Shown here piece after piece: positions 29,631 through 37,165 of a stretch of 44,881 bases of DNA (position 1 is the first letter of the stretch; every line of letters begins with the position of its first letter). The stretch spans positions 1-44,881 of the forward strand of contig JAYEGS010000147.1 in assembly GCA_034659215.1 (NCBI GenBank), in the 5' to 3' direction. The notes under the pieces are model-generated. The model saw only the letters and a program-made list of their open reading frames with translations, was not told the DNA's origin and searched no databases. The translations under genes and the position numbers were made by a program. The stretch comes from Pseudomonadota bacterium (GTDB lineage Bacteria > Desulfobacterota > Anaeroferrophillalia > Anaeroferrophillales > Tharpellaceae).

Positions 29631-30258
29631 GTCCCACCAACTTTACAAAACTGCAAGCCAATAAACGCTCACTTTGAAAATCATTATCCCCGTGCCGGGT
29701 GATACGATAAAGATACTGTCCCTTATCGGTAGCCAGAGGAATCACCAACTTACCACCAACTACCAGCTGTTGCAAAAGCGGGAGTGGAGGTTTTTCAGAA
29801 GCGACGGCTGAAACCACAATTGCATCAAATGGAGCCGCGTCCGGCCAGCCATAACTACCATCAAAAATTTTGACCAGTACGTTAGTGCACTCCAACTGAT
29901 CCAACAACCGTCTCGCCGGAATCGCCAAAGAACGCAAACGCTCAATCGCATAAACCTTTTCAACCAAACCGGAGAGCAGAGCTGTCAGATAGCCCGAACC
30001 CATGCCGATTTCAAGCACCTTCTCGCTACCACCAAGACCTAAAAATGACAACATAAAGGCGACTATATAAGGTTGGCTGATAGTCTGAGCCTCGCCGATA
30101 GGCAGAGGTGAATCACCATAGGCCTGATGGGCCAATCCCGGCTCAACAAAAAGATGACGCGGTATCCGCCGCATTACATCAAGGATGCGGCGGTCATTAA
30201 GGCCACGGGCAACAATCTGCTCTTCGACCATTTTTTTACGCAACAGAGCGTAATCCAT
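29614..30258 (-). CDS. pcm: Protein-L-isoaspartate O-methyltransferase
   Basis: PRHLFV, AYGDSPLPIG..QTISQPYIVA, VLEIGMGSGY, DG..GWP..APFDAI. Confidence 0.95.
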   Translation of the reverse strand: MDYALLRKKMVEEQIVARGLNDRRILDVMRRIPRHLFVEPGLAHQAYGDSPLPIGEAQTISQPYIVAFMLSFLGLGGSEKVLEIGMGSGYLTALLSGLVEKVYAIERLRSLAIPARRLLDQLECTNVLVKIFDGSYGWPDAAPFDAIVVSAVASEKPPLPLLQQLVVGGKLVIPLATDKGQYLYRITRHGDNDFQSERLLACSFVKLVGRGGRG

Positions 30259-30359
30259 AAAAGGTAAATCCTTTTACTTAATTTAAGTAAAAACTAACAC
30301 TAAACATAAACTTTTCAATCTAGCGTAATCTTGAGACAAATGCAACAGGTAAGAAATTT

Positions 30360-30525
30360 TAACTACTCAGCGTAATCACCTTAAAGCCACTACAAATGGT
30401 GCGAACATTGGCTTCGCCCGGCTTCGAGGGGGACACAGCTCAGATCGGCAAGCGGCTTGGCAGCCGCCGCCTGGAGCAATGTCCCCATACCGAGACAGTT
30501 TGAAAAAACTACGCTGAATAGTTAC
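30360..30525 (+). mobile_element. MITE-like element family B, copy 2 (166 bp)
   Basis: TAACTACTCAGC...GCTGAATAGTTAC ends; flanks AGAAATTT (30352-30359) and AGAAATTA (30526-30533) give a 7/8 direct repeat; very similar to 34526-34692. Confidence 0.82.
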
Positions 30526-30533
30526 AGAAATTA

Positions 30534-30543
30534 GTAACTATTC
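30534..30543 (+). repeat. Orphan family-B terminal repeat (GTAACTATTC)
   Basis: Starts exactly 8 bp after copy 2 and forms a perfect 10-bp hairpin with 30516-30525, just downstream of the trxB stop. Confidence 0.6.
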
Positions 30544-30549
30544 CCATAT

Positions 30550-31479
30550 TTACTCGATATATTTTTCTGCCATAATTGCGGCCGTAGCCCCGTCGGCAAT
30601 TGCGGTGGCAACTTGACGTAAAGGTTTCTGCCGGACATCACCGGCCGCAAAAAGGCCGGGACATGAGGTTTTGGTATCCTCGGAAGCCTTTATGTAACCT
30701 TGCTCATCCATCTCAACCAGGTCTTTGACAATTTCACTGTCGGCTTTCATTCCTACATAAATAAAAGCCCCGGCTACCGGAAGCAGACGTTCTTTATCAT
30801 TTTTAAGGTTTTTAACGCGCACCCCTTCGACCTCTTTTTCACCAACGATCTCCAACGGCACATGCGACCAGACAAACTCAATTTTAGGATTGGCGAAGGC
30901 TTTTTCCTGGACAATCTTTTCCGCCCGCAACTGATCCCGACGGTGAATAATATAGACCTTACTGGCAAATTTCGTCAAAAACATAGCCTCCTCGACGGCT
31001 GAATTGCCACCCCCGATAACCGCCAGTTCCAGGTCACGAAAAAAAGCTCCATCACAAGTCGCACAATAGGAGACTCCAGCCCCCCTGAGGCGCTCTTCTC
31101 CGGGAATGCCAAGCGGTGTCCACCCGCTGCCGGACGCAATAATCAGACTTTTACAAAAAAGTTCATCACGGTTGGCGCAAGTAACCAAAAAACCCGCATC
31201 CCGGCGTTCAACCTTCAGTCCTTCCTGAAATTGGCGAACTTCAAGACCAAAACGTTTGGCCTGAGTCTCAAACAGAGGCCCGATCTGGGCGCCGGCGATA
31301 CCTTCAGGAAAACCTGGATAATTATCGACCATCTCCGTTGTCGCAATCTGGCCGCCCATCATCATCTTCTCTAACAAAACACATTTCATGCGAGCCCTGG
31401 CCGCATAAAGACCGGCGGTCAATCCGGCCGGTCCACCACCAATAATCAAAACATCAAAACTGTTTTCATTTTCCGACAT
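30550..31479 (-). CDS. trxB: Thioredoxin-disulfide reductase
   Basis: GGGPAG, NYPGF, GVSYCATCDG, GGGNSAVEEA, HRRD, GLFAAGD; AAGGAG RBS before ATG 31479. Confidence 0.96.
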   Translation of the reverse strand: MSENENSFDVLIIGGGPAGLTAGLYAARARMKCVLLEKMMMGGQIATTEMVDNYPGFPEGIAGAQIGPLFETQAKRFGLEVRQFQEGLKVERRDAGFLVTCANRDELFCKSLIIASGSGWTPLGIPGEERLRGAGVSYCATCDGAFFRDLELAVIGGGNSAVEEAMFLTKFASKVYIIHRRDQLRAEKIVQEKAFANPKIEFVWSHVPLEIVGEKEVEGVRVKNLKNDKERLLPVAGAFIYVGMKADSEIVKDLVEMDEQGYIKASEDTKTSCPGLFAAGDVRQKPLRQVATAIADGATAAIMAEKYIE

Positions 31480-32239
31480 GAGTATCTCCTTTTGCAACTG
31501 AACATTCACGCAATTTAAAGTTTTTCAAATTATAGATAAAATTTTCCGGGGCAAGCTCTTTTTGCAGCGTAAATTGGCGCAAAGTCAGACTGATCCGACC
31601 GCTGTGACTAAGAGCCTCAACATTATGGGCCATAAGACGGTTATCGGCAAGCGTCTCCAGGTCATCAAGCCGAACATGCATCTCATCTCCGTTTTTAAAA
31701 CGAATAACCTTGTTAAGATAACGTCCTTTATCGGTGACCAGATAGTCAAACGAGGCTTGTTTTCCGTAAGTTCTATCATCCTCTTCGGGAGAACTGAAGA
31801 GCAGAGGCCAGTACCTGAAAAATTGCGTCGCCACAGACCAATCAAGATTCTCCTTTTGCTCAAACAGGTTCTTAAAATCAGCCGTTAGACCATGCCAGGT
31901 TAATCTTTGCCGGGAATCGGAAAACCAAAATTGATCGTCCACCATAAGCAACTGTCCGGCAACCGAACCCCAAGGCGTAAGCCATTGTATTTTCAAACGT
32001 TCCGGGGGCTCAAGAAAAAGACGTACCTTATGTTTACCCTTCCGGCCATCAGTCGCTCTCCAGGATAATATAGCTGTACCCTTAAGGCTCTCCAATTCAG
32101 CCATCCGCGTCCAGGCCGCCCGACCGTCGCCCGCACCCCCAACTAAATGACCCGGTTCAAGCGGCGGCCGACTACAGCCAGCAAATCCCAAAAGAAGCAG
32201 AAAAGAGACGTATATTAGCTTGCAAACTTTCACATTCAT
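31466..32239 (-). CDS. Lipoprotein, probable LolA/LolB-like fold (LolB/DUF4292-like)
   Basis: Signal peptide with lipobox FAGC; beta-rich P.RLKIQWLTPWGS..QLL motif typical of LolA/LolB-fold proteins (from recall). Confidence 0.6.
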   Translation of the reverse strand: MNVKVCKLIYVSFLLLLGFAGCSRPPLEPGHLVGGAGDGRAAWTRMAELESLKGTAILSWRATDGRKGKHKVRLFLEPPERLKIQWLTPWGSVAGQLLMVDDQFWFSDSRQRLTWHGLTADFKNLFEQKENLDWSVATQFFRYWPLLFSSPEEDDRTYGKQASFDYLVTDKGRYLNKVIRFKNGDEMHVRLDDLETLADNRLMAHNVEALSHSGRISLTLRQFTLQKELAPENFIYNLKNFKLRECSVAKGDTHVGK

Positions 32240-32246
32240 ATAAAAA

Positions 32247-34205
32247 TCAACGCTGAAAACGTTTCTCTATCTCACTTCTATCCAGCGCAAAATAGAACGG
32301 GCGACCGTGCGGACAGGTGTGGGCTAAAGAGGTTTTATCAAGTTTTTCGAGCAGAGTCCGAATCTCTAAAACAGTTAAAGATTGATTCGCTTTGACGGCC
32401 ATTCGACAGGCAAGACGGGCCAGCATCGCATCGATAACGGCTGATTCTTGACCACTGCCGCCACTTGCGATATCGGCCAGGGTCTCCAAGAAAACATTGT
32501 CGACCTGCAAACCGTCAACCAGCATCGGAACCGTCTTGAGAACCAACGTGTGCGGCCCCAAAGATTCAAACTCAAAACCTAAACTATTAAGCAGCTCACG
32601 ACACTCTTGAGCCTGGTTCTCTTCACTTGGTGTACACTCAACCTGGATCGGCAAAAGCAGACGCTGGGCCGCACTGCTGCCTAATCGCTTACTTTTAAGA
32701 TCCTCAAAAATAACCCGTTCGTGGGCCGCATGCTGGTCGAGCATGTAGCATTTATCTTGAAATTGCAAAACTATATAGGCGTTCCAGAGAGAACCTATAA
32801 TTGTCATAGCCGAAAAAAAGCCGGTCGCAGGACTCTGCATACCAGGCAAGCTCTCTGCACCGTTAGCAGAAGAAGATAGTGATGAAAAAGAGGAGAGATC
32901 AGCGGGTCGAGACTCAACTACCTGCCCCGTTCCACCATTTTGAGAGCTAATCCGAGATGAATCGTATGCAGATTTAGGGTAACTGCCACCAATCGATACT
33001 GAGGATCGAGGAAAGGTTGGGTTCGAAAACCCCGAAGAGAGCCCCCGACAATCTATATCCTCTGGTTCTGATTTTTCATAAAAGGTTGGCGGCAGAGAAT
33101 TCTCCTGTGGTTCGTCTGGAGAAAAAGCCGTCGGCGCACTAATATCTCTCCCCTGCCCCCCGACCGGGGCAAAAAAATCGGTTGACGAATTTAAAGATGG
33201 ATAACCACTCAAGGTTTCCGCTACAGCTTGGCGAATCAGACCAAAAAGGCGGCCGCCATCGGCAAAACGAACCTCCTCTTTAGCGGGATGAACATTAACA
33301 TCAACCGCCCCATCGGCAACCGTCAAAAAAAGAGCCACCGCCGGATAGCGGCCCCGAGGCAAAGTCCCTTCGTAAGCTTTTATCAGAGCCTGGAGCAGAG
33401 CCTTGTCGCGCACCGCCCGACGATTGACAAAAAAGTAGAGATGGCGACTGTTTGAACGCTGAACCACCGGCAGACTGACATAACCTCTGACCTTGACCTC
33501 ATCGCCGCCAACCTCGTTAAGTTCACGCAGTTGATCATCAAGTTCAAGCCCTAAAACGGAAGCCACCCGATCGATCTCACGATCACCTTGGGTCGCGTTG
33601 AGCAAACGCCGGCCATTGTGTTCAAGCAGGAAAGAGCATTCGGGATGGGACATGGCGAAACGCTGCAAGCGTTCTAAAACCGCACCTCTTTCGGTATTGG
33701 TCGTTTTTAGAAATTTTTTGCGCGCCGGAACCGAATAGAAGAGATCGGCAACTGTAATCTTAGTTCCGACCGGTGAACCCACCGACACTTCACGAATTTC
33801 ACCCCCGGCGGCAACCTCAATTTTGACCGCCGCCTCCATCTCTCGGGTACGAGAGGTCAATGTAAAACGGGAAACGGCAGCAATACTAGGCAGAGCCTCG
33901 CCGCGAAAACCGTAGCTGCTGACCCCGAAAAGATCAGCCGCAGATCTGATTTTACTGGTAGCATGACGTTGCAGAGCGAGACGAGCTTGAGCTGAATCCA
34001 TACCGTAACCATTATCGGTCACTTCAATCAAGTTTTTCCCGCCCTCTTCAATAACCACTTTGATCTGATCAGCCCCGGCATCAAGGGCATTTTCAACCAA
34101 CTCCTTAACCACGGAAGCCGGCCGTTCAACCACCTCACCAGCCGCAATCTGATTGCAAACCTCGGGCGGTAGGAGACGAATTTCAGGGTTAATTTTACAA
34201 CTCAT
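32247..34205 (-). CDS. mutL: DNA mismatch repair endonuclease MutL
   Basis: NQIAAGEVVERPASVVKELVEN, GFRGEAL, DVNVHPAK; C-terminal DQHAAHERVIFE, ACR and CPHGRP endonuclease motifs. Confidence 0.97.
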   Translation of the reverse strand: MSCKINPEIRLLPPEVCNQIAAGEVVERPASVVKELVENALDAGADQIKVVIEEGGKNLIEVTDNGYGMDSAQARLALQRHATSKIRSAADLFGVSSYGFRGEALPSIAAVSRFTLTSRTREMEAAVKIEVAAGGEIREVSVGSPVGTKITVADLFYSVPARKKFLKTTNTERGAVLERLQRFAMSHPECSFLLEHNGRRLLNATQGDREIDRVASVLGLELDDQLRELNEVGGDEVKVRGYVSLPVVQRSNSRHLYFFVNRRAVRDKALLQALIKAYEGTLPRGRYPAVALFLTVADGAVDVNVHPAKEEVRFADGGRLFGLIRQAVAETLSGYPSLNSSTDFFAPVGGQGRDISAPTAFSPDEPQENSLPPTFYEKSEPEDIDCRGLSSGFSNPTFPRSSVSIGGSYPKSAYDSSRISSQNGGTGQVVESRPADLSSFSSLSSSANGAESLPGMQSPATGFFSAMTIIGSLWNAYIVLQFQDKCYMLDQHAAHERVIFEDLKSKRLGSSAAQRLLLPIQVECTPSEENQAQECRELLNSLGFEFESLGPHTLVLKTVPMLVDGLQVDNVFLETLADIASGGSGQESAVIDAMLARLACRMAVKANQSLTVLEIRTLLEKLDKTSLAHTCPHGRPFYFALDRSEIEKRFQR

Positions 34206-34501
34206 TAATAGTATCTCGCTTGATGTTCACGCATTATCTCCCCCGGCACCAGATAAAAAAAGAGTCGACAGGCAAGAAAAATAACCAACAAATCATCAAC
34301 CTGCCCCAACCCGGGAATGACAAAGTCGGGCAAGAGATCATATGGCGAAAAAAAATAGGCCACAGCAGACAAGGGGATGAGCTTCAGATGAAAAGGCACC
34401 CTGCGATCCCCCATCAGACTCCAGCAAAGCTTTCCCGCCAACAACCAGCGCTGCCACCAACCGGGACTGCTTAAGAGATTTTTATTATTTAAGCGACTCA
34501 T
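34205..34501 (-). CDS. DUF1232 (YkvA-family) membrane protein
   Basis: D.RVP..K..AVAYFFSPYDLLPDFVIPGLGQVDDL; TAATG overlap with mutL. Confidence 0.88.
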   Translation of the reverse strand: MSRLNNKNLLSSPGWWQRWLLAGKLCWSLMGDRRVPFHLKLIPLSAVAYFFSPYDLLPDFVIPGLGQVDDLLVIFLACRLFFYLVPGEIMREHQARYY

Positions 34502-34525
34502 AAATTTTTATTAGCAATAAATTTT

Positions 34526-34692
34526 GTAACTGTTCAGCGTAATCACCTTAAAGCCACTACAAATGGTGTGAACATTGGCTTCGCCCGGCTTCGAGGGGGA
34601 CACAGCTCAGATCGGCAAGCGGCTTCGCCGCCGCCTGGAGCAATGTCCCCGCATCGAGATCGTTTGAGGACTACATCATGCTGAATAGTTAC
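34526..34692 (+). mobile_element. MITE-like element family B, copy 3 (167 bp, intact) overlapping the ispG 3' end
   Basis: TIR GTAACTGTTCAGC/GCTGAATAGTTAC (12/13); perfect 8-bp direct repeat TAAATTTT at 34518-34525 and 34693-34700. Confidence 0.88.
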
Positions 34693-35746
34693 TAAATTTT
34701 TCGACTTCATCAACCAGGGCTTGAACCAGTTCACTCTCCGGCAATTTCCCTAAAACTTCACCTTGACGAAACAGGAGTCCGACCCCCTTGCCTCCGGCAA
34801 TCCCGAAATCGGCATGCCGGGCTTCACCGGGACCATTGACAACACAACCCATGACCGCAATCTTCAAGGGTTCCTGAATATGGGCCAGAGCTTTTTCAAC
34901 CTCATCCGCAAGTTGGATCAGGGCCACCTCGGTACGCCCGCAGGTGGGACAAGAGATAAGTTCAATTCCCCGTTGGCGCAGGCCCAGACTTTTTAAAATC
35001 TCAAAGGCGACAAAAATCTCCTCTTCCGGAGCCGCCGTCAGCGAAACCCTTAAAGTATCACCCAACCCTTCGCCAAGCAACAGGGCCAGCCCCACGGCCG
35101 ATTTTATTGAGCCCCGCAATTTGGTACCGGCCTCTGTAATTCCGACATGAAAAGGGTAATCGACCTTTTTTGCCAATAAACGGTAGGCGGCCAAAGTAGC
35201 CATAACATCGGAAGATTTCAGAGAGATCTTGATAAGCGCAAAATTCTCGTCTTCCAACAGCCGAACATGGCCCAGAGCACTCTGAACTAAAGCTTCAGGG
35301 GTATAGCCATACCTCTCAACCACCTCTTTTTCAAGAGAACCGCCATTGACGCCGATGCGAATCGGAATCGCCCGATCGCGACAGGCGGCGACAACCTCGC
35401 GCACCCGAGCCGCACTGCCGATATTGCCGGGATTAAGGCGCAAGCCGTCAACCCCCTGTTCAACGGCGATAAGCGCCAGACGATGGTTGAAATGGATATC
35501 GGCAATCAACGGAATGCCAATCTCTTTCTTGATCAAAGAGAGCTTATTTGCCGCTATCTCATCCGGCACCGCCACCCGCACAAGTTCGCAACCAACCCGC
35601 TCAAGCCGTTGAATCTGGGCGACCGTCGCCGCCACATCACGGGTATCGGTATTGGTCATTGACTGCACCGATATCGGAGCCCGGCCACCGATTGCAACCT
35701 TACCCAAATCAATTTTCCGACTTTGTCGCCGCGGCCAAAAACTCAA
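34676..35746 (-). CDS. ispG: (E)-4-hydroxy-3-methylbut-2-enyl-diphosphate synthase
   Basis: VQSMTNTDT, ADIHF, RLNPGNIG, RIGVNGGSL, ISCPTCGR, MGCVVNGPGE; TTG start. Confidence 0.97.
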   Translation of the reverse strand: MSFWPRRQSRKIDLGKVAIGGRAPISVQSMTNTDTRDVAATVAQIQRLERVGCELVRVAVPDEIAANKLSLIKKEIGIPLIADIHFNHRLALIAVEQGVDGLRLNPGNIGSAARVREVVAACRDRAIPIRIGVNGGSLEKEVVERYGYTPEALVQSALGHVRLLEDENFALIKISLKSSDVMATLAAYRLLAKKVDYPFHVGITEAGTKLRGSIKSAVGLALLLGEGLGDTLRVSLTAAPEEEIFVAFEILKSLGLRQRGIELISCPTCGRTEVALIQLADEVEKALAHIQEPLKIAVMGCVVNGPGEARHADFGIAGGKGVGLLFRQGEVLGKLPESELVQALVDEVEKFSNYSA

Positions 35747-35846
35747 AACTTTTCCCCAATTTCTAATTGATTCTTATGACGCAGGCATGGCATACCATTT
35801 CTTCTAATAATCCTCAAGCTTTTAAAAGATAATAGCGTCGTAAAAC

Positions 35847-36188
35847 TCACTTTTTGGCCAGACTTTTAAGCAGATGTTTTGCGGCTAATAGCGGATGAGC
35901 TTTTAACATTCTCGGCCCGGCATAGCGCATCACCGCTTTTATCTTTTTCTGCATTGACGGTTTATAACAGTGAATCGGACATCTCCCGCAAGTCGTCCTC
36001 TCTTCTTGCAACGGACATTGCCGTACCCTCTCAATTGCATACTCCAACAATTCCCGACAGGACTCACAAGGTGGTGTGCTTTGGTGGTGATCACGACAAT
36101 AAAGGTCTATCATCACACTGATTGTTTCCCTCTCTTCAGCCAGAGCCGGGGTATCGGCAACTTTGTTTATTATTCCTTTTTCACTCAT
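35847..36188 (-). CDS. ygbA: YgbA family (nitrous oxide-stimulated promoter) Cys-rich protein
   Basis: TI..MI.LYC..HH, CxxC, CP, CxxCxxHCY, VMRYAGPRML..HP. Confidence 0.88.
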   Translation of the reverse strand: MSEKGIINKVADTPALAEERETISVMIDLYCRDHHQSTPPCESCRELLEYAIERVRQCPLQEERTTCGRCPIHCYKPSMQKKIKAVMRYAGPRMLKAHPLLAAKHLLKSLAKK

Positions 36189-36242
36189 CTTTTAATTTCC
36201 TGCGCTTTAGTTTTTGTTAAGTTCAAGAGGTTGGTTTGTTCT

Positions 36243-36344
36243 TTTGCTTTGCTCTCACTAACGGGGTCACATCTTGACAAATGGCGGATTAAAACTTTGA
36301 CTTTGCACGAACCTTACGGCCGCCAAGTGTCAAGAAATGACCCC
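36243..36344. repeat. Hairpin element family E (REP-like)
   Basis: GGGGTCACATCTTGACA (36263-36279) / TGTCAAGAAATGACCCC (36328-36344), 15/17; inner TGGCGG/CCGCCA; left end matches 6313-6339. Confidence 0.72.
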
Positions 36345-36378
36345 AGCCGAGACAGATTGAACAAAAACTGCGACAAAA

Positions 36379-36419
36379 ACATTACCACAAATTGTCAAAT
36401 TTACCCTGACTTAAGTCAA
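36379..36419 (-). promoter_or_regulatory. CRP/FNR-family (HcpR-like) site with extended -10 facing ygbA
   Basis: TTGAC-TTAA-GTCAG (36419-36406), 9/10 to TTGAC-N4-GTCAA; TGG-TAATGT at 36387-36379 puts the site centre near -41. Confidence 0.5.
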
Positions 36420-36554
36420 TGCACAACTTTTCAGTAATCATTACTATTGACATTTAAACTGGTGGTCATTATTTTTCCAAAAACTAACGCTGAGAGAACC
36501 CGCAGTTAAATGTTCTGTAAGACACTAATCTTTTACCCGTAACCATCTAAAACT

Positions 36555-37136
36555 ATGCATTATACTGTTTTCGACACCCCCATAATAAGACCAGCCCTGA
36601 AGGTAATCTCACGTTCCATTCTTAATATCCTTGGCTGGAAGACCGTAAACCGAGACGAAGGTCGAAAAAGTTATCTCCTGATAGCCGCACCCCACACGTC
36701 AAACTGGGATTTTCCCATGTTTTTGGTTGTCGCCTTTGCCGAGGGTCTAACCGCCTACTGGCTGGGAAAACATACTCTCTTTAAATGGCCGTTCAGGGGA
36801 CTTTTCAGATGGCTTGGCGGTATCCCGGTTGACAGGACGAAGAAGACCAACACGGTTCAGCAATGCGTGGAGTTTTTTAACTGTGCAAAAGAGATGATAA
36901 TTGTGAACGCCCCGGAAGGTACCAGATCCAGGGTTCACGAATGGAAAACCGGTTTCTATCACATCGCAACCGGTGCCAACGTACCCATCGCTTTGGGGTT
37001 CATTGATTATAAGAAGAAGGAGGGCGGCATTGCAGGATTGTTCCACCCCACCGGAGACGTCGATTCCGACATAAAAACGATCAGAGGATTCTACGCCGAC
37101 ATCTCGGGAAAGAACGATAAACAATTTGTCAAATAG
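36555..37136 (+). CDS. Lysophospholipid/glycerol acyltransferase family protein
   Basis: APHTSNWD, GGIPVDR, APEGTR, WKTGFYHIA. Confidence 0.9.
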   Translation: MHYTVFDTPIIRPALKVISRSILNILGWKTVNRDEGRKSYLLIAAPHTSNWDFPMFLVVAFAEGLTAYWLGKHTLFKWPFRGLFRWLGGIPVDRTKKTNTVQQCVEFFNCAKEMIIVNAPEGTRSRVHEWKTGFYHIATGANVPIALGFIDYKKKEGGIAGLFHPTGDVDSDIKTIRGFYADISGKNDKQFVK

Positions 37137-37165
37137 AGACAAATGTTGGGAGTATCAGATTTCTA

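Noticed and set aside
32820-33200. Ser/Gly/Pro-rich stretch inside mutL as a possible insertion or intein
   Set aside because: Matches the normal variable linker between MutL domains; no intein motifs
35970-36437. 155-aa plus-strand ORF
   Set aside because: Antisense to ygbA and runs across the family E hairpin; no domain signal
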